NCBI RefSeq assembly: GCF_000007005.1
Contig: NC_002754.1
Strand: one strand, 5' to 3'
Length of the DNA stretch: 64,000 nt
DNA from: Saccharolobus solfataricus P2
GTDB lineage: Archaea > Thermoproteota > Thermoprotei_A > Sulfolobales > Sulfolobaceae
The position numbers and the translations under genes are program-made. The notes under the pieces were generated by a model. It searched no databases. It saw only the letters and a program-made list of their open reading frames with translations, and was not told the origin of the DNA. This document shows, in pieces, positions 30,970 to 45,350 of this stretch (positions are counted from its first letter, which is position 1; the number at the start of each line of letters is the position of its first letter).

Positions 30970-31053
30970 AATTAACTCCCCAAAAAATCTCTGTTAAAAC
31001 TTTATCAATTTTTTGGTTTATACTTTATAAGGTATGTTAGTGTATTTCATCTT

Positions 31054-31866
31054 ATGATTGAGCAAAATGAAAAAGCCTCGATTGGGATTATTGGCGGATC
31101 TGGACTATACGATCCGGGTATCTTTTCGGAGAGTAAGGAGATAAAGGTGTATACACCTTATGGGCAACCGAGTGATTTTATAACTATAGGTAAAATAGGG
31201 AATAAATCTGTAGCCTTTTTACCTAGACACGGAAGGGGACATAGAATTCCTCCTCATAAAATAAACTATAGGGCCAATATTTGGGCATTAAAAGAACTTG
31301 GTGTTAGGTGGGTGATTTCAGTTTCTGCAGTAGGTAGTTTAAGAATGGATTATAAACTTGGAGATTTTGTTATACCAGATCAATTTATAGATATGACTAA
31401 GAATAGAGAATACAGCTTCTTTGATGGTCCTGTAGTAGCTCATGTCTCAATGGCTGATCCATTTTGTAATAGCTTAAGGAAATTGGCAATAGAGACCGCA
31501 AAAGAATTAAACATAAAGACGCATGAAAGTGGTACCTATATATGTATTGAGGGTCCTAGGTTTTCTACAAGGGCTGAGAGTAGAACGTGGAGAGAAGTTT
31601 ATAAGGCTGATATAATTGGTATGACGCTAGTCCCAGAGGTTAATCTTGCGTGTGAGGCACAAATGTGTTATGCCACTATTGCTATGGTAACTGATTACGA
31701 TGTTTTCGCTGAGATCCCTGTGACAGCAGAGGAGGTTACTAGAGTTATGGCAGAGAATACGGAAAAAGCTAAGAAACTTTTATATGCGTTAATTCAAAAA
31801 CTACCGGAAAAACCAGAAGAGGGGTCGTGTTCCTGTTGCAACAGTCTGAAGACAGCACTAGTATAA
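31054..31866 (+). CDS. mtnP: S-methyl-5'-thioadenosine phosphorylase
   Basis: 270 aa; GIIGGSG, RHG, EGPRFST, GMT-VPE; C-terminal CSCC. Confidence 0.95.
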   Translation: MIEQNEKASIGIIGGSGLYDPGIFSESKEIKVYTPYGQPSDFITIGKIGNKSVAFLPRHGRGHRIPPHKINYRANIWALKELGVRWVISVSAVGSLRMDYKLGDFVIPDQFIDMTKNREYSFFDGPVVAHVSMADPFCNSLRKLAIETAKELNIKTHESGTYICIEGPRFSTRAESRTWREVYKADIIGMTLVPEVNLACEAQMCYATIAMVTDYDVFAEIPVTAEEVTRVMAENTEKAKKLLYALIQKLPEKPEEGSCSCCNSLKTALV

Positions 31867-31904
31867 AGAAATTAGTGAGGTTTTTTAACATTAATTTTCC
31901 TCAA

Positions 31905-32612
31905 ATGGATTTAATAGTATACGGTCGTGGTTTGGAGCTTCCTGCATTTACTCTTGGAAGAGCTCTTTCTTCCTTGAAGAATAAGATGATCAACGTATTA
32001 AATATTTACGATTTTCTTTTTATCTGCAACCCCTACATTGAGGTTTCAAACGTTGTGGCATTTACGGGGGACGAAAACGAACTACGTGATCTTTTGGATG
32101 GTTTGGAAAGTCTAAGGGTAAATGGGCGTATTTATTTTTGCGGCATAACAAATATTAAACCTAGATATAACTTTGTTTCAATTACGAGTTTTGATAAAAG
32201 TTTCTGCGAGATTAATCTATCATTATCTATCTTGAAGATATTGAGTAATGATAATATAAAACGAGAAAAAATGATTTTGGATCAATTAAATGATATTTCG
32301 GACTTAGATGATTACGTGAAGAACTACGCTAATGTTTTTAGTTTGGATCAGCCTATCCTCTTGTCTCCAATCATGCTCCCGGCCAAGTCTTTCCTAGAGA
32401 GTCTCGGAGTAAATGTTTCAAGTTATTTTGACACTAAAATATTAGATAGCGTGCAGATAGTGTATACTGGTGTCGATATGCATATTATTAAGAGAGTGAT
32501 TTTTTCCTTGAGATCTAAGGGGAAGAAGGTTACTGATATTTTGATAGATGCAGACCCGCTATTAGCACCCATATATTTAAGTATGATTATGTTTTACTTA
32601 AAAAAGAAATAA
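31905..32612 (+). CDS. Hypothetical protein
   Basis: Long open frame between mtnP and the prenyl synthase; ATG 31905 avoids overlap with mtnP. Confidence 0.7.
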   Translation: MDLIVYGRGLELPAFTLGRALSSLKNKMINVLNIYDFLFICNPYIEVSNVVAFTGDENELRDLLDGLESLRVNGRIYFCGITNIKPRYNFVSITSFDKSFCEINLSLSILKILSNDNIKREKMILDQLNDISDLDDYVKNYANVFSLDQPILLSPIMLPAKSFLESLGVNVSSYFDTKILDSVQIVYTGVDMHIIKRVIFSLRSKGKKVTDILIDADPLLAPIYLSMIMFYLKKK

Positions 32613-32628
32613 AGGAGGTTCAGCTAAT

Positions 32629-33474
32629 TTGAGTATTATAGAGTTCTGGTTAGAGGCTAAAGCTACTATTGACCGTTTAATAGAGCAGTTTCTAAACTCA
32701 AATAGGGATTGGGATCTAGTTGATATAAGTAGTTATATTCTTAAAGATGGTAAACGATTTAGGGGAACTTTAAACATGTTCTTCACTGTCGCTTTAGGAG
32801 GAGACATTAAAGATTCTTATGGAGGGGCTTTAGCTATTGAAATTCTCCATTCTGCTTCCTTAGCTTTGGATGATATAGTTGATCTCGACGCGACTAGGAG
32901 AGGTGATAAGGCTGCATGGGTTGTATATGGAAATAGAAAAGTAATTTTTATAACGAATTATCTTATTCCTACAGCTCTAAGGATAATTCAGACTTCTTAT
33001 GGTGACGATGCTTTAAATACTAGTATTGAGTTATGGAAAGACACCTCAGTGGGTGCTCTAAGGGATATGTATGATAATAGTGATTATATACGAACAATTG
33101 AATTAAAAACCGGTAGTTTATTTAAGCTCTCTACGGTACTATCAGCCTACGCTTCTAAACACTATAATACGAAACAACAGATGCTGGATGTAGGCAAGTA
33201 TTTAGGGATAATCTATCAAGTAATAGACGATTTTGTTGACTATAAAACTAAGAAAGTAGAGGAGATAGATGGTAGTGCAAAGCAATTGTTTAAATATTAT
33301 CGAGAAGGAAAGTTAGAAGAATATGTTAGGTCAGTATATTTAGAATATAAGCAAAAATATGATGAGTTAATAAGTAATATTCCCTTCCAATCTAAATATC
33401 TTAGTGAGATAAGGTCACTCCCAGAGTTCTTAGCTAACGGGCTTCTAAAGGAGGCTAACATAGATAAGATTTAA
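32629..33474 (+). CDS. trans-Hexaprenyl pyrophosphate synthase
   Basis: 281 aa; GKRFR, LDDIVD...RRG, YQVIDDFVD; SD GGAGG. Confidence 0.9.
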   Translation: MSIIEFWLEAKATIDRLIEQFLNSNRDWDLVDISSYILKDGKRFRGTLNMFFTVALGGDIKDSYGGALAIEILHSASLALDDIVDLDATRRGDKAAWVVYGNRKVIFITNYLIPTALRIIQTSYGDDALNTSIELWKDTSVGALRDMYDNSDYIRTIELKTGSLFKLSTVLSAYASKHYNTKQQMLDVGKYLGIIYQVIDDFVDYKTKKVEEIDGSAKQLFKYYREGKLEEYVRSVYLEYKQKYDELISNIPFQSKYLSEIRSLPEFLANGLLKEANIDKI

Positions 33475-33503
33475 GAAATTTAAATTCAAGGTCTTTTTGG
33501 TGA

Positions 33504-34397
33504 ATTATTATTAGACTTGCAGTAATCCATGAATCTGAGAAGGTTACTAAGGCTTCTAAGCAACTTTTACTTGAGGTAAAAAGTAGAAATCATAGTGCGT
33601 ATTATATAAGAATTTCCAAACTAAATGCAGAAATAACCGAGCATGGCATAGAATTTACATATAGTGGAAGGAAGGTTGATATAGATGGAGGACTAATAAG
33701 GAACTTGGGCTTCATCTCTACTACTGAGCAGTTCATAAAGAGGTTCGATGTATTAAGGGAGCTAGAAAGAAATGGAGTAGTACTAATGAATAGGCCAGAT
33801 TCGATGTTGCTAGCCAGGGATAAGTTTGCAAGTTTAATGAGAATGAGAAGGGCAGGTATTCCAGTTCCAAACACTGCACTAGTAGAAGATCCCTTCGAAG
33901 TTATGAGATTAGCAGAAAGATGGGGCGAAGTTGTGATAAAACCTGTAGTGGGAAGTCTAGGTTTAGGATCCGTTAAGGTTTCAGATCCAGATATAGCGTT
34001 TAGAGTAGCTAAGGCTATTTTATCGGTAAATCAGCCAGTTTACGTTCAAAAATATGTAAAGAAACCAGATAGAGATATTAGAGTGATTGTAATTGGGGAT
34101 AAAGTTCTAGGAAGCATATATAGAATATCGAAGAGTGGATGGAAAACTAATATAGCCCAAGGCGCTACAGCACAAGTTTTAATTCCAGATGCAGAATTAG
34201 AAGAAATAAGCTTAAAGAGTGTTAGAGTCCTCGGTTTGGATTATGCTGGGATAGATATTATAGAAGATGTGGAGAACGGTGGTTATAAGATAATTGAAGT
34301 TAATGCAGCACCTTTGTGGGACGGATTTGAGGCAGCTACAAATATTAATCCAGCTAAATATATTGTCACGCATTTAATAGAAAAGATTAGGAGATGA
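33504..34397 (+). CDS. RimK/LysX-family ATP-grasp ligase; start uncertain
   Basis: ATP-grasp motifs ([22 protein letters not shown]). The frame is open from 33504, 67 codons upstream of the track TTG, with no ATG/GTG/TTG in that stretch. Confidence 0.88.
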   Translation: MIIRLAVIHESEKVTKASKQLLLEVKSRNHSAYYIRISKLNAEITEHGIEFTYSGRKVDIDGGLIRNLGFISTTEQFIKRFDVLRELERNGVVLMNRPDSMLLARDKFASLMRMRRAGIPVPNTALVEDPFEVMRLAERWGEVVIKPVVGSLGLGSVKVSDPDIAFRVAKAILSVNQPVYVQKYVKKPDRDIRVIVIGDKVLGSIYRISKSGWKTNIAQGATAQVLIPDAELEEISLKSVRVLGLDYAGIDIIEDVENGGYKIIEVNAAPLWDGFEAATNINPAKYIVTHLIEKIRR

Positions 34398-34443
34398 GGA
34401 ATAGAAAACCGTCTGAAATGTGATGAAGAGCTCTCGCTCCTGA
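34391..34443 (+). ncRNA. Box C/D guide sRNA overlapping the rimK-like stop codon
   Basis: C box GAGATGA (34391-34397), 15-nt guide, D' CTGA, C' GTGATGA, 13-nt guide, D box CTGA (34440-34443). Confidence 0.75.
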
Positions 34444-34444
34444 T

Positions 34445-34906
34445 TTAAAGATCGAGCTCTTTCTTGTCCTTTATTGATCTAAGTACAAGCATTGTATACG
34501 TCGAGGTGACTCCATCCATATTTCCTATCTTATCTAAAACTTTTGCTAAATCTTCTCTAGTCGGTACTCTCACTTTCAGTACCGCATAATATTCTCCAGT
34601 TACATCATAAATTTCGTAGATTTCTTTCATTTCCACTAATTGTTTTAGTATATTATCGTATTTCTTAGGATCAGCTTTTATTAATATGAAAGCTACAACA
34701 CTGAGCCCTATCTTATCGAAATCTATTTCAGTATAAAAACCCTTAATCACACCATTTTCTTTTAATCTCTTTATTCTGACATATATTGTAGCCTCGCTTA
34801 AATTAAGCATCTTGGCTAGCCTTGAGAAAGGTATTCGTGAATCTTGTTGTAGTATATTAAGTATCTTTTTATCAATATCGTCAAGATAGTAAAATGAGGA
34901 ATTCAA
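34445..34906 (-). CDS. Lrp/AsnC-family transcriptional regulator
   Basis: 153 aa; LDDIDKKIL...DSR...LA..LNLSEAT; VTGEY. Confidence 0.93.
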   Translation of the reverse strand: MNSSFYYLDDIDKKILNILQQDSRIPFSRLAKMLNLSEATIYVRIKRLKENGVIKGFYTEIDFDKIGLSVVAFILIKADPKKYDNILKQLVEMKEIYEIYDVTGEYYAVLKVRVPTREDLAKVLDKIGNMDGVTSTYTMLVLRSIKDKKELDL

Positions 34907-35901
34907 ATAAGAGACCTCCCAAAGATCTTTATTAAATCAACTCTATTAAATTCGCCTATAGCAAATTTTAAAATTAGTTGAGGATCATTGTTAAGAAGAG
35001 CCTTCGAAAGTCTTGCCGTGCCTGGATCGTTCTCTTTTGTCATTTTTATAATTTTAGCGTGCCAGTTTAATGACCAATATAACTTACTCTTTTTAAATTC
35101 TTTTTTGAAATCTTTTCTATTTAATATAGAATCGGCTAAAATTTTTGAAGAAATAATTGATGGTCTTATTCCCTCCCCAGTTATTGCATATACTGTACCC
35201 AAAGCCTCACCAGTATAATTACCGTCTAATCTGTCTTCTATTACCCCGTAATCAGTAACCCTAGCCCCATGAAACGTTCTAATTCTACCCTTGAGGATTT
35301 GTTTCAATCTTTCCTTTAGCTCCGGTACCTCAGCATATCCTCCAATTCCGATTTTAGATCCCTCCCTATCTGGAAATACCCAAGCGTAACCCAAAAAGCC
35401 AGAGTAAAAATAGAATTCCACAACTTCTTTATCTATTTCGTAGTCAGTAATGTATTGAATAGCTGGTATTGACATAGACTTACTTACACTATAATGGCCT
35501 GTTGCAAATATCACTTTATCGTGATCTAGTGATTTATCGTTTATGTAGTACTTATCATCTTTTTTTACGACTTTAGAATTAAATTCAACATTTACTTCTT
35601 GTGAAAGTCTTTTCAAGAAAAGAGGCTTATCAATTATGTATCCTAACTTATTATCTGTCCTTATATCAAATACAAGTTTATTATCAAGATATATTCTAAA
35701 ACCCCTTATCTCACTAATTATAGTTTCATTGGGTATTGGTATTATATTTTCTATCCCAGTTATTAAGCCCCATGCACAAGGCTTAAGTCCAGGCTCCGGC
35801 ATGCTCTCGTAAACAGTTGCCTCAACTTTCCTACTTCCTTTTAAAAAGTAAGCTAAAGATAATCCTGCAGGACCAGCTCCTACTATTGCTATTCTCGTCA
35901 T
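34903..35901 (-). CDS. FAD-dependent oxidoreductase, geranylgeranyl-reductase family
   Basis: 332 aa; GAGPAG, KPCAWG, GYAWVFP, GEGIRPS. Confidence 0.85.
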   Translation of the reverse strand: MTRIAIVGAGPAGLSLAYFLKGSRKVEATVYESMPEPGLKPCAWGLITGIENIIPIPNETIISEIRGFRIYLDNKLVFDIRTDNKLGYIIDKPLFLKRLSQEVNVEFNSKVVKKDDKYYINDKSLDHDKVIFATGHYSVSKSMSIPAIQYITDYEIDKEVVEFYFYSGFLGYAWVFPDREGSKIGIGGYAEVPELKERLKQILKGRIRTFHGARVTDYGVIEDRLDGNYTGEALGTVYAITGEGIRPSIISSKILADSILNRKDFKKEFKKSKLYWSLNWHAKIIKMTKENDPGTARLSKALLNNDPQLILKFAIGEFNRVDLIKIFGRSLI

Positions 35902-35908
35902 ATGTTAT

Positions 35909-36421
35909 TCACTTTTTTCTGAAGTAAAATAAAGCTATAATAGCCAATATTAAAAATCCAGTATATAAGGGCAAGAGTGCGTAAAAGTTTGTTATGAATA
36001 CTCTGCCTATTATTGCTCCGACAATTAAAACTAATATAAATGCAAAGAAACCGTTTCCTATATCTAGTATATCTGCCTTTATTAAATTAGGTAATATCGA
36101 TTTTAGGACCAGAAATAAGTTATATATGAACGGAATAGATAAGGCTAACGTAACTATTGCAAATTTATACTCATCTTGATATGCCATTGCGAAGAAAATA
36201 CCCGCTACATCTGCGAATGTTGATAGTGTTGTAAAGTAGAGGGTGCTAATTGCGGTTTTTATATCGTTGGACCAAGGTTTTTCAGAAATTAAAATATACA
36301 CTGCAATAACGAAGTCTATTATAGCTCCTACTAAAAATCCTATAAATGAATCTATTAACCCTGGAATTACTGGTAAAATAATCATCAATATGGAAAGGGG
36401 TAACGTGTAACTGGCTTTCAT
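35909..36421 (-). CDS. Hypothetical membrane protein
   Basis: 170 aa; ~5-6 TM. Confidence 0.75.
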   Translation of the reverse strand: MKASYTLPLSILMIILPVIPGLIDSFIGFLVGAIIDFVIAVYILISEKPWSNDIKTAISTLYFTTLSTFADVAGIFFAMAYQDEYKFAIVTLALSIPFIYNLFLVLKSILPNLIKADILDIGNGFFAFILVLIVGAIIGRVFITNFYALLPLYTGFLILAIIALFYFRKK

Positions 36422-36478
36422 CCTATTCTTAAAGACTATTAATTAGAAAATAAAAATATCTATTCCCAATAGAAGAGT

Positions 36479-37309
36479 GTGAGATATAATTTACCAGTAC
36501 TCGTAGTACACGGCGGGGCAGGAAGTTGGCAAATAGCTGATCAAGATAAGGCAAAATTGACAATAAGCGAAGCGTTAGAAAGAGGGTACTATGAATTTAG
36601 GAAAGGTTCTGCAATAGAAGCTGTAGTAGAGGCAATATATTATATGGAGGAGTCTGGGGTTTTCGATGCTGGAAAGGGTAGTGTGAGAAACTCAGCCGGC
36701 TATATCGAAATGGATGCTGGAATAATGGTAGGTAATACACTTCAAGTGGGAGGTATAATGGGGTTAAGAGAGGGCAGTGCGATAAAAAAGGCATTGGAAA
36801 TCCTATTCCAAAATAGGCATGTATTGATGATAGGTTCTAATTATAATAGTTCGAATTCTAATAATAGTGCAATTTACGAAAGTAAGGTTTCTGGAGATAC
36901 TGTAGGTGCAGTAGCATTAGATCAGCATGGTAATCTAGTTGCAGGAACTAGCACTGGAGGTATAAAAGGAAAATTACCAGGTAGAGTTGGTGATTCCCCT
37001 ATTCCGGGTGCTGGCTATTACGCTACGTCTAATGTGGCAGTTTCTAGTACTGGAATTGGTGAGATAATTTTAAGGATATTACCCGCTAAAGAAGTTGATA
37101 TTTTGGTCTCATTGGGTTTCACTATTGATGATGCACTAAGGGCGGTAGTAAATAAGGTGACTAAGACTTTCGGAAAAGATAATATAGGAATGATTGGATT
37201 AGATAAGTATGGAAACGCCTCAGCTTACTATAATACAAAAGGCATGGCTAGAGGTGTTATCTCCTCTGATGGAGTCAAGAAAGTATATGTCTTCGAGGGT
37301 GACATCTAA
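36479..37309 (+). CDS. Isoaspartyl peptidase / L-asparaginase (Ntn hydrolase)
   Basis: 276 aa; VHGGAG, GD/TVGAV nucleophile, TSTGG, GRVGDSP. Confidence 0.92.
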   Translation: MRYNLPVLVVHGGAGSWQIADQDKAKLTISEALERGYYEFRKGSAIEAVVEAIYYMEESGVFDAGKGSVRNSAGYIEMDAGIMVGNTLQVGGIMGLREGSAIKKALEILFQNRHVLMIGSNYNSSNSNNSAIYESKVSGDTVGAVALDQHGNLVAGTSTGGIKGKLPGRVGDSPIPGAGYYATSNVAVSSTGIGEIILRILPAKEVDILVSLGFTIDDALRAVVNKVTKTFGKDNIGMIGLDKYGNASAYYNTKGMARGVISSDGVKKVYVFEGDI

Positions 37310-37849
37310 ATGAAAATCTTAGTAATGAGCAACATTAGATTCCCCGAGCCTCATGTTGAAAGTACTTTATCAAGTATAATAAAGAAGGAAGAGCCTGAGG
37401 TTATTGTATTGAATGGCGATACTACCCAATGTTATTGGGATTATGAGTGCCCCAGAGTTATTGATGTACTTTATGTTATCAGAAGTATAGCACCTTGGGC
37501 TCAGATAATTTACGTTCAAGGAGATATGGATCCGCATGCGATAAAATGCATAACTGCAGAACCCAGATATAGGGAGGAGATAATTGGTACAACTATGTAT
37601 ATTGCAGAAGCAGCTTCTGTCAAATATCACATTATTCATGGGCATCAAGGAGAAATAGATCAGTTAAGGAAAAGTATTGGAGCAGGCCCATGGGATTGGT
37701 TAGTAATAGGTCAATATAAGAGATTAGAAATAGATAAACTAGCAAGGGTATTATATAGCGGTGGTATAACTAGAGAATTCCCACCTGAGGCAAGGGGTTA
37801 CGTAGTTATAACAGACTCCAATTTTTATATTAGAAATCTTAGAACTTAA
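37310..37849 (+). CDS. Calcineurin-like metallophosphoesterase-fold protein, partly degenerate
   Basis: 179 aa; LNGDT, QGDMD, HGHQ. Confidence 0.65.
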   Translation: MKILVMSNIRFPEPHVESTLSSIIKKEEPEVIVLNGDTTQCYWDYECPRVIDVLYVIRSIAPWAQIIYVQGDMDPHAIKCITAEPRYREEIIGTTMYIAEAASVKYHIIHGHQGEIDQLRKSIGAGPWDWLVIGQYKRLEIDKLARVLYSGGITREFPPEARGYVVITDSNFYIRNLRT

Positions 37850-38082
37850 CCACATATTGGGAAATACAATCTTCTGGAAAGTTCTATAATTTTCACATCA
37901 TATACTTCCTCTATAGGATTTAAATCAGACCCTTCTTCCCAAATCATGTAGCCGTTTGCAAATATGCTATTCTTCTCTCCACTATAAAACAGTATTTCCT
38001 TTATAAACGGTATTTTTCTTAGAGAGTTGATTATTCCTCTTATGTTTTTATCTATTATCCTATACTTGACTACAACAATCAC
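37846..38082 (-). CDS. Small hypothetical protein
   Basis: 78-aa ORF filling the gap, convergent with the upstream gene. Confidence 0.6.
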   Translation of the reverse strand: MIVVVKYRIIDKNIRGIINSLRKIPFIKEILFYSGEKNSIFANGYMIWEEGSDLNPIEEVYDVKIIELSRRLYFPICG

Positions 38083-38175
38083 ATATTATAATTGTCCCTA
38101 TATTCTCTTAAGATAATTGATAATAATAGATGGTATTTTCATAAACCATTTAAATTTGAGTCTTACTAATAGCTT

Positions 38176-38559
38176 ATGCAACTTGAAAATAAGCCCATTA
38201 TTGTGATCTCTTCAACCAACAGCGAGGAAATACCGAATTTTGTAAGGGCGATGTTTAAGGATTGTAGATTAAACGGGAGTAAGAAGTTAGTAATAAATTT
38301 CGTTTCATCAATCTCATATCCAGAGTTTGTACAAAACGCTAGGGAAGCTCTTTTAGATAATATAGATTTGGGTGTGTACATCTATATATGGAAGCCGGAA
38401 GAGGTTGACCAAATGATGAGAAGGATTATGGAAAATCATAAGGATATGAAAGGGATGATAATATATTGCGATGACAATAATAAACATATGATCGAAAAAA
38501 TACTTCCTAAGATTCCTAATTCGATAAAGGCTAATATTATAAAGGATTATTGTAAATAA
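38176..38559 (+). CDS. Conserved Sulfolobales hypothetical protein (DUF5751-like, tentative)
   Basis: 127 aa; alpha/beta pattern. Confidence 0.7.
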   Translation: MQLENKPIIVISSTNSEEIPNFVRAMFKDCRLNGSKKLVINFVSSISYPEFVQNAREALLDNIDLGVYIYIWKPEEVDQMMRRIMENHKDMKGMIIYCDDNNKHMIEKILPKIPNSIKANIIKDYCK

Positions 38560-38598
38560 TTTTTTATTCTAACGAGAGGAGTAGATAGTGGTGCTAAA

Positions 38599-39961
38599 TT
38601 GAAAAGAGCCGAATATGATGTTTTGATTATTGGTTTAGGAATAGCTGGCGCGTCACTTGCTTGGAAATTGTCCCAATCTAATCTCAAGGTCTTAGCAATA
38701 GACAGTAAACCTTGGAATAGATTTGGGGATAAACCTTGTGGAGATGCTATAAGTAAAGAACATTTTGATAACTTGGGGTATGCCTTATCCTCAAGGTAAA
38801 GAGTTAGAGGAAAAAGTAGAGGGTATAAGGCTATACAGCCCCGATATGAAAACTATTTGGACTGTAAAAGGAGAAGGTTTTGAAATTGATTCTCCTAGTT
38901 ACGTACAGAGATTAGCCAAGGAGGCTAGAGATAGGGGAGTTGAAATTTTGGATCTAACAACAGCAATGAAACCTATAGTAATAGGCAATAAGGTTGAAGG
39001 TGCAGTTTTATTTAACAGAAGAACTAACGAAACTATCGAGGCTAAGGCTAAAATTACCGTTGACGCCACTGGATATTCAACTAGTTTCAGAAATAAGTTG
39101 CCGTTTGAATTTCCGGTGACTGAAACATTAGATGACAAAGATGCAGATATCGCTTATAGAGAAGTACTAAATACTAAAGACGAAATTGAGGAATACCCAT
39201 ATTTAAGGATATTCATAACACAGAAAGCCTCACCAGGGGGATATTGGTGGTACTTCCCTAAGGGACCGAACAAGGTCAATGTTGGTCTAGGTATACAAGG
39301 AGGTATGGGTTATCCCAGTATTCATGAGTTTTACAATAAATATGTTGACTATTATGCTCCGGATATAGATAAGAATAGACTCTTAGTTAAAGGCGGGGCG
39401 TTAGTACCGACGAGAAGACCATTAGCGACTATCGTATGGGATGGTGTAGCAGTAATAGGTGACTCAGCATTTACAGTGAATCCAGTACATGGAGGAGGCA
39501 AAGGTTCTGCAATGATTTCAGCTTACTGTGTTGGTAAAGCTATACTTAATGCCTTTGAGGTTAATGATTTCTCGGCAAAAGGACTATGGGATGCTAACGA
39601 ATGTTATATAGAGAGATATGGTGCTAAGCAAGCTAGCCTTGACTTGTTTAGGAGATTTTTACAAAGGTTAAGCGACGATGAGATCAATTATGGAATGAAT
39701 AGAAAAGTCATAAGAGAGGAGGACTTATTAGAGGCGAGTGCAAATGGTGATCTCCAACTTTCCACAGCAGAAAAAGCGATGAGAGTTATAATGGCTCTAG
39801 GGAAACCATCACTACTTTTTAAGCTAAAGACTGTTGCTGAGTATATGAAGAAAGTTAAGGACGTTTACAAACACTTCCCAGCAGAACCTAAAGACTTAAT
39901 GAAGTGGAAACATAGCGTGGACTCGATAATTTTAGAATTTAATAAAGCTTTGGAAAAGTAG
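38599..39961 (+). pseudogene. Digeranylgeranylglycerophospholipid reductase (GGR) split by a 1-nt frameshift; real mutation or sequence error
   Basis: ORF1 has GLGIAG and KPCGDA ending ...HFDNLG; ORF2 resumes MPYPQGKEL; the junction TTGGGGTATG (G-run 38775-38778) has one G too many. Confidence 0.85.
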
Positions 39962-41548
39962 TATAACTATAAGTAAAACATACGGTGTTATCAAGGGGAT
40001 CCAGAACGTTTTTGAAGTGTAATTTCCTACGTCTTCCAGTGCCTTAAGCATAATAGATATTATTTTTCCGAGTATCTTTACACCTTTTATTTTAACTACT
40101 TTATATTCTACTCTATTTATTTCCTTCATATTCTCTGTAGACCTTTTAATTAGTTCAGATGCAATATTCACAAGATCTTCACAAAAAGTAGCCGGAGAAT
40201 ATGTGATCCCTAAACTTACTCCAGTACAAGAATGGTCATCTGGCGTGACTAAAATTACCTTGTCCACAATCTGTCTTACTGCATTAGATATAGCGTAATT
40301 AAGTTCTTTAGTTGAGTTATTAGCGTAAATGTAAACGATGGACACTCTCTTTACTCCATCATCAAATGTGAAGACACGTATACGGTTGTCGCATAATCCA
40401 TCACATGCTTTACCTAACTTTCCCTCCGAATATCCTACCATAAGTCTCCTTGTGCTTTTAATCCCTCTTTGATCCGCGATGAAGTCCTTTAGACTATTTA
40501 TTTCATGACTATCATATTCTCTTTCTAAGAAAGAGTTATGGCAATCAATAAGGTAATTGTTTGAAGACAACATATATTTCCACAGGGAAGATGGTAAATC
40601 GTCTATCCCAAACTCTGGTCTCTCCATAAACGATACTCTAAACTTATCGAATTCTAATGATGTAATATCAAAAGTAGAGCGTCTCTCGATTGAAATGCCA
40701 TAAAAAGTCGCTTTATTCCAATCATTACGTTCTATAGTGCTTTTTGAGATAGCTTCTATTACTTTATTTACTTCTGCTGATGAGGGTAAATCTAATTCGT
40801 GACTACCTGGTCCATGGAATACTGTTACTATGTTATTTCGTAAGGCTTTTTCAATATCGTAGACAAATCTAGAACTACCAACGTTATCGAAAACTCCGAA
40901 ATGTATTTGGGGTATCATAAACAAAAAATCGTCCAATTTGTACATAAATACGTTCAGAGTAGTTTTTACAGAGATAAGATTTAGAAAATTTTCCAAAGGG
41001 ACCTTATTCTTTTCTGTTATAGCAGTTATGAAGGGAACAGCTACTTGCGTTGATTTTAGCCCAAGTATTTTTACGCCCTTTCGATTAACAGTATATATAT
41101 AGAAATGAAATATTAACCCTATAATAAGTATATATAGTAAAAAAATAATCGAATATTTAAAGTAAAATATTATAGGAACATATGATGTAATTCCAGATAA
41201 CACTATTGAAGGAATTTCTTTATAACTACCTAAGAGAATATACGCCATTAAAGGCATGAAAAATCCAAACGCGTAAAATGGAGTTATAGGTAACAGAGAA
41301 AGTAGAAGATAAGGTATCGCAGTTAGATTCATCATAAACAAGGCTATTTTTATTTTATTCTTAAAAATTATTATCAAGAGAATTGAATAGAGCACAAACG
41401 AAAATAGATAATCGAAAGTGAGTTGGAAACTCCTTAACAGTATAAGCAATGATTCTACTGAAAAAGTTGTTGCAAATATTTTTATACTAGGCAGAGTTTT
41501 AAGATAACCATAGTATTTCCTTGTCAAATTTTCAGTATCCATGTCCAT
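39932..41548 (-). CDS. DUF2070-type archaeal membrane protein
   Basis: 538 aa; N-terminal TMs, PQIHFG, HGPGSHE, DCHNS, TPDDH motifs. Confidence 0.8.
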   Translation of the reverse strand: MDMDTENLTRKYYGYLKTLPSIKIFATTFSVESLLILLRSFQLTFDYLFSFVLYSILLIIIFKNKIKIALFMMNLTAIPYLLLSLLPITPFYAFGFFMPLMAYILLGSYKEIPSIVLSGITSYVPIIFYFKYSIIFLLYILIIGLIFHFYIYTVNRKGVKILGLKSTQVAVPFITAITEKNKVPLENFLNLISVKTTLNVFMYKLDDFLFMIPQIHFGVFDNVGSSRFVYDIEKALRNNIVTVFHGPGSHELDLPSSAEVNKVIEAISKSTIERNDWNKATFYGISIERRSTFDITSLEFDKFRVSFMERPEFGIDDLPSSLWKYMLSSNNYLIDCHNSFLEREYDSHEINSLKDFIADQRGIKSTRRLMVGYSEGKLGKACDGLCDNRIRVFTFDDGVKRVSIVYIYANNSTKELNYAISNAVRQIVDKVILVTPDDHSCTGVSLGITYSPATFCEDLVNIASELIKRSTENMKEINRVEYKVVKIKGVKILGKIISIMLKALEDVGNYTSKTFWIPLITPYVLLIVILLFQSFIKF

Positions 41549-41578
41549 GATAAGTTGATGGGGTGAAATAAAATAGTT

Positions 41579-41869
41579 TTGTCAATTAATAAGGAAAAAC
41601 TAGGTGCAGACAAGGTAATAAAAAATTCGTTAGACTATTGCGATTTATATATCATACAAAAAGGTGATAAAGTGTTTCTTCTATACCTATTTGAGAGACG
41701 AGGATACTATTATTTCAAAATAATGCCGGAAATTGTCGGAAAATGGGAAGATTGTGAAAACGTAGTCTATACTGCATTTGGGCTTTTTGGTTTTGTAAGT
41801 AACCAAGAAGAATTAGAGCAAAAAATTAAAGAGAAGATTGAGGTGTTAATGCGAAATGTCAGTACTTAA
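41579..41869 (+). CDS. Hypothetical protein
   Basis: 96-aa ORF overlapping the start of the HAD gene. Confidence 0.7.
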   Translation: MSINKEKLGADKVIKNSLDYCDLYIIQKGDKVFLLYLFERRGYYYFKIMPEIVGKWEDCENVVYTAFGLFGFVSNQEELEQKIKEKIEVLMRNVST

Positions 41870-42650
41870 CGGCTATCAATTAATAATAAGTGATGTAGAT
41901 GGGGTAATAGTAAGAGAAGGAGATCCAATATGGGAGAATATTCAAGCGCTAAGGAATATACAAAATAACGGAGTTAAGATCATATTTGTAACAAACAACT
42001 CTGGTTTTAGTAGGATCTTATTATCTAGGCAGTTATCATACTTAGGCCTTAAAGTTACCCCAGATATGATAATTACAAGTGGTTTAGCTGCAGCAATTTA
42101 TATGAAAGAAAAACTCAATGTCAAATCAGTATTCGCAGTAGGCGAAGAGGGCCTTATTGAAGAATTGAAAAATCACGGTTTTTTAGTATTCTCAAGCGCA
42201 GAATCAGAGAGAATTTTACCAGACGCGGTCGTAATGGGATTAGATAGGTTAAGTACCTATGATAAACTGTCGTTAGCCATGAGGTGCATAAGCAAAGGAT
42301 CGAAATTTATAGTAACAAATATGGACAGGCTTTGGCCAGCTAAGGATGGATTAAAATTGGGTGCCGGTGCGTTAGCTAGTTCTATAATTTACGCGTTAAG
42401 AAGGGATCCGGACTTCATAGCTGGGAAACCTAATACTTGGATAGTAGAAATAGCCATGCGGATTTCTAATGTTAAGAAGTTAGATAAGATTCTAGTTATA
42501 GGAGATCAAATAGAGACTGATATCCAGATGGGGTACAATATAGGTGCCGACACTGCATTAGTCTTAACTGGAATATCAAACGTAGATGATGTTGATAGGA
42601 GTAATGTTAAGCCGAAATATGTAGTAAATACTTTATTAGACCTTTTGTGA
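41856..42650 (+). CDS. HAD-IIA (NagD-like) hydrolase
   Basis: 264 aa; [19 protein letters not shown]. Confidence 0.93.
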   Translation: MSVLNGYQLIISDVDGVIVREGDPIWENIQALRNIQNNGVKIIFVTNNSGFSRILLSRQLSYLGLKVTPDMIITSGLAAAIYMKEKLNVKSVFAVGEEGLIEELKNHGFLVFSSAESERILPDAVVMGLDRLSTYDKLSLAMRCISKGSKFIVTNMDRLWPAKDGLKLGAGALASSIIYALRRDPDFIAGKPNTWIVEIAMRISNVKKLDKILVIGDQIETDIQMGYNIGADTALVLTGISNVDDVDRSNVKPKYVVNTLLDLL

Positions 42651-42697
42651 AATTGTAGAAAGAATACTTAAAAACTATTACGCAAATATAAACATGT

Positions 42698-45346
<2,649 letters not shown>

Positions 45347-45350
<4 letters not shown>

